This document shows positions 1 to 13,730 of a DNA stretch of 64,000 nt, piece by piece. Location of the stretch: the NCBI RefSeq assembly GCF_009914755.1, contig NC_060935.1. One strand, written 5' to 3'. Positions within the stretch are counted from its first letter, which is position 1, and each line of letters opens with the position of its first letter. Position numbers and translations under genes: made by a program. The DNA comes from the human T2T-CHM13v2.0 reference genome, Homo sapiens. The notes beneath the pieces are model-generated. The model saw nothing but the letters and a program-made list of their open reading frames with translations. It made no database searches and was not told the origin of the DNA.

Positions 1-183
1 AATGATAAATCAATAAAAACCTTAAGTCAATCATAATTCTCACCTTCCTAATGATTGCATTTGTAACATAAAAATGAAATGGAATCCACTGAGGAGTGAG
101 ATTCTTGCAGAATGTGAACTGAAATTCCCTAGTACACCTATAGACAGTTAACTCTCAATCACTGGGATAGAATTAAAAATTAA

Positions 184-500
184 GGCTAGGTATGGTGGCT
201 CATGCCTGCAATCCCAGCACTTCAGGAGGCTGACCAAAGTGGGAGACTGGCTTGAGCCCAGGAGTTCAAGACTAGCCTAGGCAACACAGGGAGACCTCAT
301 CTCTACCAAAAAAAAAAAAAAATCGTTTTTTAATTAACTAAGCGTGGTGGCATGTGCCTGTGGTCCCAACTACTTGGGAGGCTGAGGTGGGAGGATTGCT
401 TGAGCCCAGGGGGCAGGAGGTGGAGGTGGCAGTGAGCCCTGATGGTGCCACTGCACTTCCACCTGAGTGGAGAGCAAGACCCTGTCTCAAAAAAAAGAAA
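184..500 (+). mobile_element. Alu (AluJ-like)
   Basis: Dimeric Alu with A-rich linker and tail; diverged. Confidence 0.9.
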
Positions 501-1493
501 ATTAAATTCTGGAGGCTCAAGGAAATAAAAATCAGATAATGTTCTCAATTTCTGTTAAACCATAGAACCTTGGCTCTGCCTAGGTAATATTCTGAATTTG
601 GAATGTAATTCCCATTTTACAATTAATTTATAATTTAAAATCCTTGCATAAATATTTCATTTACACTACGATCTTAGAAAGCTCCTCAGTTTATAAATAC
701 CACTATAATTCAACTATCTTTACCCTTTAGCCACATCTTGCAAAGAGCCACATGATACCTTCAAATAAGTAAATTAACTATGATCAAGGCTGAGCTCAAG
801 CTGGATTAGCTCCACCTGCTGTATTCTGATAAGCATGCGTTTTCTACAAGAATAAGAATGTTTCTGTGAGAGCAGAGACTATATTTTTCTTCTTCAGCAT
901 GGTTGATGCTAACTCATTTTTAGAGTAAAGATTGAATGAAGAAACCATTCTGTCACTCTGTGTGTGTGTGTGTGCATGTGTCTGAAGTCTGTGTGTGTTT
1001 GAAGTCTGTGTGTTTGAAGTGTGGCAAAAGAAGCACAGGAAATGACATCCAACAGAACTGGAAATGAGTTTAAATCTTTGGCTCTGCCAGTTACTAGTTA
1101 GTTAAGTGACCCTGATAAAAGTTGTTCATTTTTACGTGGTTTAGTTTCTTCTACCTGTAAAGAGGTAATAATAATAATGCCCACTTCACTGTGCTATAAA
1201 GATAAAATGAGATAACCTATAAGGAACTCACACAAGGCCTGATATCTAGCAGTTACTCAGTGAAAGTTTGTTTTTATCTTCTCTGCTTCCCCCTCTTCCT
1301 TTTTTTTCCAAACCCATGATTGAAAAATAAAATTTTAGCAGGTTCAAAATAAGCATTAGCATTAAATGGAAATGCTTTGACTAAAAGGGTAACTCTCAAA
1401 GGATGATGACTACATTACTAAAGGCATGATCACTCAAGTATCCACATCCTGATTAAAAGACAGAAGATTGGCTTGCTCATAGTGTTAAAATGA

Positions 1494-1810
<317 letters not shown>

Positions 1811-4427
1811 CCTCGTGTTATTTTTGATGAATGTTTCAGTCCAAAAATTTCAATCATAATCCACGAAAGAAATGCAGTTTGTATATGGGAACCAGGTCTT
1901 GAGAAGAAAGGACCTTTCTTCTAAAGTCTAGTGTTTATTAAGAGCTTTTTTTATAATTGAATATTAACTGAAAAGAAAGTTGATAACACACCAGAAAATT
2001 CGTGGTCAGAAGAATTTGCACTGCATATTTAATAACAAATCATATCTTTAACATCTCTCCTTGTTTCTCCTTTCCTCCCTCAAACTGTATTCACCAACTG
2101 ACCCATAGGTCAGAGGTTGAATCGTAAGAATTCCTTCATGCCTGTAGACAAAAAGCAGACAATCTGTCCTCTTTTTTCTTACTCTTTTCAAGATTTTAAA
2201 AGCACTGAAAGAAAAATTTTCTAATAATAATAGTGTTATAATAACTACCATTTATTAAATGTTCACCATCTGTCATGCATTTCATTAAGTAATTTTTATC
2301 TCCAATTTTCACAACAACCTTCCTCACAGATTAGAAATCCACAACTGGGATTGTGGATTCTTTGGTTTACCTAAGATCACGAAGCTCTAACTTACATGTC
2401 AGTGATTACTGCATAGTTGTGGTGGGGAAAGGAGGAACCAGGCGGGAGAGTTAAGCTAGAACTTGCCATTCAACACACAGCGGAACTGGGATTCAAACCA
2501 AATGTATTTGACTCTACTAATACATATTGCCACTCAAGTCATTTGGCTCTGAAAAGCCAAAAAGAGAGAACCAGACAATTTAACTCTTGAGGTGACATTA
2601 AAATTCATTAACCATCTATGACACATTAAATGTATATGTTATATCACATCCTAATTTTCTGGAATCAGTTTTCTTTCACAATTTATTTTTTCAGGAATAG
2701 TATAAATATAAATCATAAATAAAAATATAAATATAAGTCACTAGTCAATGGTCAAAGATGTTATAAAGATAAATTCTGACCCCCTTGTATTAACAGTTAA
2801 TTGAATAATTATAAAGTCTTATAAAATTCCATTAATAAGCCCAACCAAAACACTATAATTAGAAATGAAAATTTTTTGTTAATATGAAATTAAGAAGTAA
2901 GTTATGCTTCCTTACTAATAATATAAGTTATAAGGATCTTCTCTTACCAGTGAATTGTATTTAGCTTTCCTGGCAGAGATTTCCTAGAATATTCCACAAT
3001 GTTTTTGTTTAGATGACACAATTGTTTACACTAGTTTTGTTATTTATTTCCAGGAAACATGTCCAGGAGGCAGAAATCAGATCATATTTGAAATATTTGT
3101 TTCTAGTGCATTATGTGATATGTGATATTTAAAGGCACCAAAGTCCTTTATAATAAAAAATAACTTGAAGTCAAGGAAAAAAATGAATGAATATATTTGT
3201 TATTCTACTATTATTTTTGAATCTTGTAACTAAATATTTGTCTTTTTATATGAGAAGCACAGGACAATATAACTGGTCCATGATTTCCCAATAGTTACAC
3301 AGAAAAATTCATATAATTTTGTTCATAGGGGATTTTTAAAACTAAATTTACCCACTGTTTAATTTCATTTTCCAAAACTTTTTGTTTTTTGCTTAGGCCA
3401 ATAACTGTGGATTACACAGTACAATGATTGCATTCATACATCATGACTCAATCAATTCAATTCAACAAAAATCCATTGAGTATCACATACAAAGCACTGC
3501 TAAGCTCTAAGGAAGGATAAAGAGATGAGTAAGGTTCTGAAAGAGACATGGTGGCAACTAAGAGACAAAGCAGGAACAGTAAGATCAATACCATAATAAA
3601 GGTATAAAGTGCTATGTAATCACAGTATGAGAGCAATTAATACTGATTGAATACATGTGTAATGGAAAAGTTGGAAAAGAAACTAACATTGAATACCTGC
3701 ATTGAAAATATCCCAGGTCTTTAAGGACATTATTTTATTCAATCTATGCAAGTTGACAGATATTGTGAAACAGTTTTCAAATGTACTCTGAATTATTTTC
3801 TTTCAGTAACTGTGATATATGATGCCTAAAGCTCAAGTAAAACGTAGAAATCCTATCTCAAAATAAATAAAATTAAAACTTTGTAGGCTTATAAAAGGCA
3901 AGATTCATACCACTTAAACAGAACGATGCAAAGCCAAGGCACCCAGTTCACCAGCCAAGACACTGATTACAGCTGCCCAGCGTGGGCCCCTTCTCTGTGT
4001 GTCTTGATGAATCATGCCTGAGGTTTCTAGCTTCTTTAGCAGATGAGCCATCAGGACTGGGGAACCACCCTGAGAAGTACTTAGCCACCCAGCAGCTTCT
4101 GGGGCTTTGCACACGCTGTTTCCTCTGCCTTAAAAGCTTTCTTCCCCATCTTGTCTCCAACATTATCTGACAACTACCACTTTCAGGTCTAAAGCATGGA
4201 CATCACCTCCCCTGGGACATCTTCTGAGTCCCCACCCCTACTCCACACACACACCTTTGTCTTAATTAAGGGTCCTTGATCTTCAGTTCGTTCATCGTAC
4301 CCTATATTAACCCCACATAGCACACTTGAAACTATTGTCTTCTGCTACATAAGTCTGCAGTCACCTTACAGGCAGAAACTGTGTTATGTTCAGCCACTAA
4401 CACATAATGTTACATCATAGGCGCTTA

Positions 4428-4870
4428 TTATGGGTTGAAATACGCCCCCCCACATGCAAAAATTACATTGACGTTCTAACCAGCAGTACCTCAGAATGTG
4501 ACCTTATTTGGAAACAGGGTCTTTGCAGATGAAATTAGTTAAGATGAGGCCATAGTGGAGTAGGTTGTGCACCTAATCCAGTCTGATTGGAGTCCTCCTA
4601 AGACAATTGCCACGTGAAGACAGACACACAGAGAGAATGCCATGTGACAACAAAGGCAAAGATTGGGGTTACGCAAACCAAGGAATGCCACAGCTTGTCA
4701 GCAAACCACCAGAAACTAGAAAGAAGCAAAGAAACCCTATAGGTTTCAGAGGGAGCAGGGCCCTACCAATACCTTGATTTCGGACTTCTAGTTTCCCGAA
4801 CTGTGAGACAATAAATATTGTTTTAAGCCACGCAGTGTGTGGTACTTTGTTACAGCAGCCCTAGGAAGGT
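4428..4870 (+). mobile_element. MaLR LTR (MLT1 family)
   Basis: Characteristic 'aatgtgaccttatttggaaa..ggtctttgcagat' and 'ttttaagcca..cagt..gtggtactttgttacagcagccctagga'; similar to the copy at 37768-38232. Confidence 0.8.
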
Positions 4871-5339
4871 ACTCAATAAATTTAGATAGATGACAGAATC
4901 TGCACCTGGCTATGACAAATCTGTGTCTATTCTCACTTCTTATTTCTTTCTTGCAGCTTGATCTAAAGAGAATTTATGTGATTTTATCTGGCCATTTGAA
5001 GTTACAAGTTTTATTTGTTAGATGCTAGATTATCAGGATTTCCTTTTTTTCTCAAATACACCAGATGTGATTTTCCGCCTGGCTATCTCCAAAACTTAAT
5101 ATAGATGAATTCTGTGAAAAAAATGGAACCTATATTTGCCTATTTTTATAGTTTATATATTGATAAATCTTCATGCCTGCACTAAGTTAGTTTTTTGCAC
5201 TTAGGAAAACTTACCTGAGAATGTGCAGGTCTCAATATCTAAGCTAGAAATAGGAGAGACGAAAGAATAAGGCTTTGTTGCCCTGTGCAAGCGGCATGCT
5301 GTTTGAGCTTGCTAATCCTGCTTCTTGCCACCATTAGTG

Positions 5340-5580
5340 GCAATTTAGTGTGATGGTCAATAGCTTGAACTTTGTTGCTAAATGGAGCTAGGATCAAATC
5401 CGGTTCTGCCACTTAATAGCTTGGGTAAGTTATTTAACCTTACTAAGCTTCAGTTTCCTCACCTATACAGTGGAGTAATAGTAGTGTCAAACTTCTGAGT
5501 TATTATAAGAAAATAATGACATAATGTCTATAAAGCTGTTAGCATAGCTCATGTGGTAAGGTCTTAATAAATATTAGTTT
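5340..5580 (+). mobile_element. MIR
   Basis: MIR core 'ctctgccactta..agct..ggg.aagttatttaacct..taagcttcagtttcctcacct'. Confidence 0.7.
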
Positions 5581-5890
5581 TTTTTTTAAGTTAGTTTTTA
5601 TTAGGTGCGGAAATAACCCCTGTATTTAGGATCAATTATGTAAAGCAGCATTTTATTATTTTACAATAAAATTTTACAGCATTTTAATATTTTACAAAAG
5701 CATTTTGTAAAGCAGCATTATCTTGAATAAAAACAGGATTTTGGCACAAACAAAAATGTATAAATATATCTTAGGAAAAAATATTTTAAAATTCTGCCAA
5801 TACAAGATGAAAATGGAAGAATTCTACCTTTCGTAGGCGTAAGTCTTTATTATTGAATCGAGACACCCACTTTTTTCTTTCTTTAAACAG

Positions 5891-5950
5891 GCTAAAACAA
5901 GAGAAGAGATTCTCCAACTCTTAAGAAAACAAAGAGAAGAAAGGATCTCG
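5891..5950 (+). CDS. HOATZ: HOATZ (C11orf88, cilia/flagella-associated protein) internal coding exon, AKTREEILQLLRKQREERIS
   Basis: Polypyrimidine tract + aaacag| acceptor, 60-nt open exon, TCG|gtgaga donor. Joins in frame with the next two exons. Peptide recognised as the HOATZ C-terminal region; upstream exons lie outside the window. Confidence 0.88.
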
Positions 5951-6556
5951 GTGAGACCAATAGTGAGGCATTTGGATAATCTATCTGAGTGGATGAATTG
6001 TGGCAAATTTTGCAGAGGTTTTATAGATTGAACCCTTAAATCTAGCTAGCTATAGTCCAGAGCCATTGATATACCAGAGTGGGGCAAGGTATAGACATTA
6101 GATAATTTGGCAACCCTTGATCAATCAAAGCTATCTCCAGAGTTTGCAGCCCTCCTGGCATAAGAAATGAGGTATTATTGTCAGTGGAGTTTACTGTTCA
6201 CATATTATAAAGCTGTAAGATATTAACATGGGCTATTTCAGTGCTAATATTTGTTTACAATGATTGAGCTTGCCTAGATCATACAAAAATAAATGTTAAA
6301 TGAAGAGAAACAAACCTAATAAAAATAGTAATAGTATCATGTAAACTTGTGGATGCACAAAACAAACACTCCTGAATAAACCCCAAACTCTCTAATGTGC
6401 AACATTTCTGACCGACCCCACAGTTTCCAGATTTAAGAAGCTAGTCTTTATAAACTCTGTGATGATTTTACCTCAGCTTTTTTTCAAATGAGTAAATTCC
6501 AATCAGTGCAAGAAGTAAAATTTTACCTTTTTGATTTTTATTTTGTTTTGTTTCAG

Positions 6557-6609
6557 AAAGAACTGATTTCCCTTCCGTATAAACCAAAAGCCAAAGAACA
6601 CAAAGCAAA
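6557..6609 (+). CDS. HOATZ: HOATZ penultimate coding exon, KELISLPYKPKAKEHKA(K)
   Basis: ttttgtttcag| acceptor and AA|gtaagt consensus donor; 53 nt, phase 0 to 2, compatible with both neighbours. Confidence 0.88.
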
Positions 6610-7801
6610 GTAAGTTTACCTATGTCAAAAATATTCTCTCACCTTTCAACTTACTGTGTAGGGAAGCATTTCTTTTTTCTTACTTTGCCACTTACCCTTA
6701 AATCTTCTAGAAACCCACCCGTGTATTACAGATTTCTTGCCTTGAATAAACTTTCTTCTCCGCACAGCTATTAAAGCCTGTGTACGAACTTGTCTGTCTG
6801 TGGAATATGCAAGCATAAGTTAGTGCAAAATGGAAAGCAGCTCAGCCTTGAAGCTCTGTGCACATTCTCTGTCCCTCTCTTCTCACCCTGGGCTATATAA
6901 TCACCCATCATCATGCCCTCCTGACTCCACTGTCCCCTATCCACACCTGGCCCACTTCTTTAGTGAATCAGCACGTGTTTGTGGCTCACCAGCTCTGAGT
7001 GGGCTAAGGTTGCTAAAACTAAGTTCATGTAGCAAACTCTCAATGATAAGGGAGTAGCCTTATCTCTGGAATAATGTTAGAGCAGGACTAGGAACAGTTT
7101 AACAGTCTAGAAGAGTTTAAAGGAAATAAGTAAGCAACAGTTAATCACTAACGCACCCCTAATAAGAAATCTGTCCGTTTTTGTATTATGACTAAAAACC
7201 AATGTGGCCAACTCAACATTAATATGACAAATATTTATTTTCATACCACATTCTGGGAGAAACAGAAAGTGATAGAATTTTGATTTTTCTCTCATTGGTA
7301 TTGAGGCTAACTGCCTTTAATGCTGTCAAAGTAACACCCTTAAGGAAGAAAGAATATGTCTACTCTAATTTTGTAAACTTCTGGAAAAAAAAATAGAAAG
7401 ATCATTTAATCACCTAGCTATATTATCTACACAATGCTCAGCAACCTAATTTCTCGCTTTTTAGCCAGACGATTTGACTTAGCTTCCACAGATGAAGCAA
7501 AACTAGCCCAATCAAGAGTGACTTAACGATACCAATAGTGGATGAAGACTGCTACTTAAATAGCATCAATAGATACGTCTGGGTGCCTTAGATTTCCGCA
7601 TGTATTTTTACAGAACATTCCTGCTACTACCCATGCTGACTCACCTAATAATAAAACATTTCCCGGCTTGGACAGATAATTCTCTTAATAATTTAAATGC
7701 TTACTTAATTCCTTTTGTAAACTAACTTTGTCCTACATCCTGAAGCCTTGAATTTCATTCTATTCTGTTGTGATTATCTTCCTACTATTAACTTCTTCTA
7801 G

Positions 7802-8099
<298 letters not shown>

Positions 8100-8455
8100 T
8101 CTAGTTACTCTTTGTACATTCTTTGGGCAACTAATCATGCATTACTCTGTGCCCATATTTTATAATTATTTAACTCTTATTATTGCTTTCATTATTTAAC
8201 TTTTCTCATATTTTTTGTATTGTCTGTAACTATACTGTAAGCTCCATGAGGAATTGGGTCACCCAAAGTGCCAGCATACTGCTTACATGTTGGACTTCAG
8301 AAAATATTTATAACAAAAAGTTTAGTTGAAAAATATCATGTAATTCAGTGTTAGCCAATTTAGAAAGTGATGTTTGCATACTATACATTAATTTATAAAC
8401 TTTAAAAACTATTCTATTAGACACAATTGTAAAATAACTCCCCTACATACACAGA

Positions 8456-8715
8456 CTCCCCCTTACCATTCCTCCTTCAACAGGTCTTCTTAGTATAATC
8501 CAGGTCCCCTTCTGTTAGAAAGAAGGAACCGGAAAATGTGTTCATAGTAAGGTTTTAGTAGCAATATATTTATTATCCATCCCAGAATATTTGCATTTTA
8601 AAAGAAGTCTGAATAAATAAAATAATGGGTAAACCAAAGAAATCAATTACCAATGATGAAATCTCAGGAGTCTGACTCTAGAATAAACAAAACATATTTG
8701 GGGTAGGAGGGCTCC
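8456..8715 (+). repeat. Local direct duplication, copy A (partner 9701-9955)
   Basis: Colinear with copy B at offset 1239, including a 33-nt identical block TTACCAATGATGAAATCTCAGGAGTCTGACTCT (8647-8679 = 9886-9918). Confidence 0.9.
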
Positions 8716-8914
8716 TGTACCTCCAAACCACACTTCACAATATCATAACCACTTCTCTCACATACAAGTTTATACTTGGTTGCAAAACCCAACACATAGA
8801 ATCTACAACAGTGAATTTTTATTGGGAGAATTTTCAAAAGTTGTTTTCATGCTACATCATGTTCACAATGGCGGAGTTCTGTGTATTGGAACTGACTGAT
8901 ATTACTACCAACAG

Positions 8915-8972
8915 GAAAGTGGTATCAGAGTCAGATAAAGAGGACCAAGAAGAAGTCAAAACTTTGGACTAA
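8915..8972 (+). CDS. HOATZ: HOATZ last coding exon, (K)KVVSESDKEDQEEVKTLD*
   Basis: caacag|G acceptor completes the AAG codon; TAA at 8970-8972; AATAAA signals follow. Confidence 0.87.
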
Positions 8973-9141
8973 TTTGCTTGACACATGGCAGAGGATGGCT
9001 CACTTATACCTTCACTTTGGAAACAACCTTCTCTTAGATCAGGATCATTGAGATCACTGGCAACATTATAGTAGACAAAGAAATACAAGTTAAATACGCA
9101 GACTTCCAGGAATTTTACCAGTTAGTGAGTACTTGTGTTAA

Positions 9142-9155
9142 AATAAAGAAATAAA
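9142..9155 (+). terminator. HOATZ polyadenylation signals (two AATAAA)
   Basis: AATAAA at 9142-9147 and 9150-9155, about 170 nt after the stop codon. Confidence 0.7.
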
Positions 9156-9700
9156 GGTTAAATATGCAGGCTTCTATGAATTCTACCAGCTATTGAATAT
9201 TTGTGTCTATTTACTTACTGGGTACTACTGTTTGACACCACAACATACATCTCTTTCATCTTACCACATTCTCAAACTCCTATTTATCTTGTTTTCATTT
9301 GAAGGGTATTTCCAGAATTTCTATGCTAGATCTATATTATGAATATCAGGTAAGCAAGAAACAGGGGCTTTATGTGTCTTAACTTGTAGACCACCAGTAA
9401 AAACAATCAGGAAATAGGAATGAAAGGGCAGTTTTGAAAACTTCAAGTCTACTTGCTTTAATAAGAAAACCACTTAGCAAAATTTGGTTTGTTCCATTTC
9501 TGAAACATGTCTGAAGTCAGAAGTGAGTTGCTTCTACCTCTGTGAATAACTGGCTCCACGTGCCTATGTTTTACACACATACATAAACCCAGTGCCAACC
9601 CCCCTCACTTTCATTCCCTTTGCTATGTAATGGAAAAGAAAAGATTAAGGATTTGTCCCTTCTGCGCTGTCCAAATGGCAGTCCTACTCAGGGTTAGATG

Positions 9701-9955
9701 CTCTTCCCCATCCCTCCTTCGAGAGATCTTAGCATAATCCAGGCCCCCTTCTGTCAGAAAGAAAGAACTGGAAAGTGTGTTTATAGTAAAGCTTTAGTAG
9801 CAATATGTTTATTATCCACCCAGGAATATTTGCATTTTAAAAGAAGGCTGAATAAAGGGAACAATGGGTAATCCAAGGAAATCAGTTACCAATGATGAAA
9901 TCTCAGGAGTCTGACTCTTGGGTAAGCAACATGTATTTAGGGTAAGAGGGTTACC
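9701..9955 (+). repeat. Local direct duplication, copy B (partner 8456-8715)
   Basis: See copy A; diverged but alignable by eye over about 255 bp. Confidence 0.9.
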
Positions 9956-12339
9956 CAGAGGTTGCAGCTCTATTTAGGACCACCATTTCCATCACTACTG
10001 GCCTCCACTTGGAACTCTTGGACATAGCTTTCATAAGACACAGCCCCCATCCACTGTGCCAACAGAAGACTGGGTGGCCCACTGGTCAGAGCGTAATCAC
10101 AAGGACACATCAGGCTGCAAGGGAGGCTGGAAATTGTCTTTAGAAAATGGGGAGGGGGCTTCTGTCTAATTAAAATTCAGGGATTCTATAGCCAAAAGAA
10201 GTGGAGAATGGATATTAGGGGACAATGACAAGGTTCTGGCACAACGCTATTTGAAGAAAAATGTTCGGAACAAAAGGAAGGTAGTCAGGCCTAGGAAAGG
10301 AAAATTTTGAAAGTTATAAATTGGCAGCCCCATCCTAGCACCAGCAAGAATAAAAGGTATCCTGTCTGGTTGATGTATCTGTCTGCCTGGCAGGTAGGTC
10401 TTCGTTGTGAAGATGGACACAGCAGGCTATCAAAGCCTAAACTATTAAATCATATAACTAATTCCTTTCATTCTGATTCCATGCTGATAAATCTTTTTTG
10501 CCCAGAGGGAGAATATGTGTTCAACAGGCCAATGCAAGCATTAGTTTACCTGACAATTCTATTTCTCAATGTGTAAATATATTAGTCTCTTAGATTGGGT
10601 TTGAGCATGTTAAACTAGGAATTGGACCCTGGACCAGGGTAATTTTACCAAGAAAAATTCTACTTTGTGGACTTTCTTGGCAACCAGCCTTCCCCTAGTG
10701 ATACCTCCCTACATTGCCAAGTGTAATGGTTAGCTATTGCTGCAACAATGCTGCATAACAAAGGGGTCTAAAACAACATTTATTACTGCTCACACATCTG
10801 CAGTTTTGTGTGATCTAGTTTGGCTGACCTAGGCTTAGCCAGAGAGCTCTGCTTCAAGCTACAGCACCTAGAGCAGCTCTGTCTCTTACTGCAAGTTTGT
10901 CAATTGCCTGAGGTAGCTCTGCTCCATTTGTCATCCTCTTAGGGATACACATAGACCAGTGGGATATCTAAGGTATGTTCCTCTCAGAGAGTGGCAGAGA
11001 AGAAAAAGAAATATGAGGCCTTTCTGGTCTAAGCTCAGAACTGACTCATTCTGTTAGCCAAACAAGTCAATCACATGGTCAAACACAAAGTCAAGGTGTG
11101 GGGAAATATACTCTGCCTCTTTAGAAAGAGAAACTACAAAGTCATATGGTAAAGGATATGGGTACAGGGAGGTGTGGAGAATTGGGGCCGTTATTGTAAT
11201 CTACCAGGTTTGGTTGACTGTATACCCTAACAAAATCCATCTGAACCAAGGTCCAGGGTATCAAAGCGAGAAGTCGGGACACGATTTAATTATGTAACAG
11301 CTTTTTAAAGTTGTAGCAGATGTTATAATATTAGAAATAAATCCTTTTCAATTGACATTAAGTGCCTAGATATCTGAACATTTACATATATATTTGCCTT
11401 ATCAAACACTCACTAAACTCTTAAGGCAACTGTTAATGTTACCAACAGTTAAGTGAAACTTAGGCAAACGGAATTGCCAAAGGCCACACAGACATTAAAT
11501 GAAGAGCAGAATCTGAAACAGACCCTCAAATGCCAACTCCAGTGCTTCTTTTCACCATAACAGTTCTCTCAAGTTGTTTTGATAACCAAGAATTTCTAAG
11601 AAGAAAGTGTGTTAGATGTGACATTGACGTATTCTAACTGGGACAGAAGGAAGGTCTATAAATGATCTTGCCATAAAGGTCAGGCCTCATCCTGCCACAA
11701 CCGCTGTTAGCTGTTACGTGCCGCAGCAGAGCTCCCCCATAGTCTCAGCTGATACTGAAATTCATCCCACTCCCCTCTCACCCCCAGCCTGTATTCAGGC
11801 TGTTTGTTTAGAATTGCAGTGGCTAGAGGCCTTAGAAGCATCACTGCTTTCTTGGCTGTTTTGAAAAGCAGAAAGAGTACGTAAGAAGCAGCAAGCTGGA
11901 ACCAAAATCCAGAGGTCGTGGCCCAGATGGGGCTTCTGCTATGCTTCACAGCAGCATGGTGTGGCAGAAAAGGCAGAAAGTCAGATTCACCTTCTGCTAC
12001 TTAGTGCCTTAATCTTTGGACAGATGGCTCACTCTATTGCTTGACTATATTTAAAAGCATTTTGTTTACGAAACCAAAGTGAAACACACCTACTTTGGGA
12101 GTTTACAAGAGGAAGCACACATTGAGGGCTAGGTTAGGAAAGCTTTTCCTGAGATAATAGTTTCATTCTTTCCTGCGGGGCGAGGGGCCAAAGCTGAACT
12201 CCCTAACTATGACCCCCACCTCCCAACCTGTTCCCTGCAAAAAACAGAATCAGTTCCTTCCAGGGATCTGGGACATCTTTTGGCTTCTGGTAGAAGCCGC
12301 TTTCCTTTCAGTCGGGAGGGCTCCAACTCAGCCAAGTTC

Positions 12340-13620
12340 TTTGGATGCCATCCGCGCGGTGTCCCATAACTTTCCTGGCCGGTGGGCACACTGCCTGCGT
12401 GAGTGTTTGTTCTCTGCATCGACCATTCCCTGCTCAGGCGTCGCCCTTCGTGCTGGGACTGCGGCCTGCTGAGCCCCAGGTAGGAGTCCACGCATCGCCT
12501 CTCTCTCCAGGTGCACCCGCACAGCTGGCGAACTTGGCTAAGGTCAGCGGGAGAGGAGGGGTGAGATGTGGTGCTAGTTTTAGGCACACTGTGCTCGTTA
12601 TCAGATTGCCTAGGGGCCCGACTGAAGTATTCCTCCGCCCAGCGCCTCGGGCAAACGCGGGATCTCCCAGGGAAGCTCGGAGGGGGACAGGGAGCTGGTT
12701 CCCCTCTGCGACTCGCCCCTCTCTGGCTGGCCGAGTGTCTGGCGCCAACCTCGCTGGAGGAGGCTGTCGGGGGCGGGCCAGCCAGCGGGGCTGCCCTCCT
12801 CGCAGTGACGTCCCAGGGGGCGGAGGGGCGACCGACTGACTCCGCGCCCTCCCCCCCGCCTCCCGTGCGGTCCGTCGGTGGCCTAGAGATGCTGCTGCCG
12901 CGGTTGCAGTTGTCGCGCACGCCTCTGCCCGCCAGCCCGCTCCACCGCCGTAGCGCCCGAGTGTCGGGGGGCGCACCCGAGTCGGGCCATGAGGCCGGGA
13001 ACCGCGCTACAGGCCGTGCTGCTGGCCGTGCTGCTGGTGGGGCTGCGGGCCGCGACGGGTCGCCTGCTGAGTGGTGAGTGCGCGCGCTGGGGCGGGGGCT
13101 GGTGCCGGGGTGGGCTCACTGCACCCCAGCTGCTGCTGACCCTCTTCTGGGTCGCCACGTATGGGACTAGAAGGCCGTCCCATGCCCCACTCCCAGACGC
13201 AGCCCTTCGGAGTCTCTTGCGTTCTGGGGGCAGTCGCACGGCGTCTGAGACCCACGCCAGTTCCCGGAGCTGCGCAGTTCCCTGCGCGTCCTGGAACGCT
13301 CGAAGCCCGTTCCCAGTCCAGAGTTATGGGGGTGGGTTGGAGAATGTAGGAGAGGTGGGGCAGTGGGCAAACCTGCCCCAGTGGGTGCCCCTTCGGCCCG
13401 CTCCTTTACACGCATCGAATCAGTCCTTGGGACCACCCCCGCGGGGCAGGCTTGCCAGCTGGCCCCCGCCTACCGCCCGCTCCGGGAGGCGGCCGCAGAG
13501 ACAGCGGGGTAGGGATGCTGGATCCCCGGTGCCGTGGGAACCCTGCCTGTTACTCCTCGTCTCTTCTGCGGGGTTGGATGGCTGGGTCGAGCGCCCGGTA
13601 TGAGAGCGCTTAGAGATCGG
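12340..13620. promoter_or_regulatory. CpG island / LAYN promoter with GC boxes and a CRE-like site
   Basis: Abrupt rise in GC and CpG content. GGGGCGGG (~12770) and GGGGCGGAGGGG (~12817) Sp/KLF boxes, TGACGTCC at 12806-12813, no TATA box; spans exon 1. Confidence 0.9.
12989..13073 (+). CDS. LAYN: Layilin exon 1: signal peptide MRPGTALQAVLLAVLLVGLRAATGRLLS
   Basis: GCCATGA start, hydrophobic signal peptide, G|gtgagt consensus donor at 13074. Confidence 0.97.
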
Positions 13621-13706
13621 GAAAGAACTCCAGTTAGTGTGGGACGAGCCCCACCTGACTCCGGGGAATGACTCTCTGCTTCCTTCCTCCTGTTGTGTCA
13701 CTGCAG

Positions 13707-13730
13707 CCTCGGATTTGGACCTCAGAGGAG
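13707..13730 (+). CDS. LAYN: Layilin exon 2: 24-nt in-frame microexon (ASDLDLRG)
   Basis: ctgcag| acceptor and GAG|gtaaag donor, phase 1-1. Inclusion gives 382 aa and skipping 374 aa, matching the two layilin isoform lengths I recall. Confidence 0.88.

Noticed and set aside
958-1022. (TG)n followed by three GAAGT(CT)GTG units
   Set aside because: Ordinary microsatellite slippage.
12989-13603. 204-aa ORF from the LAYN ATG reading through intron 1
   Set aside because: Only the first 28 codons match layilin. A consensus donor sits at 13074, and the rest is stop-poor GC-rich intron.
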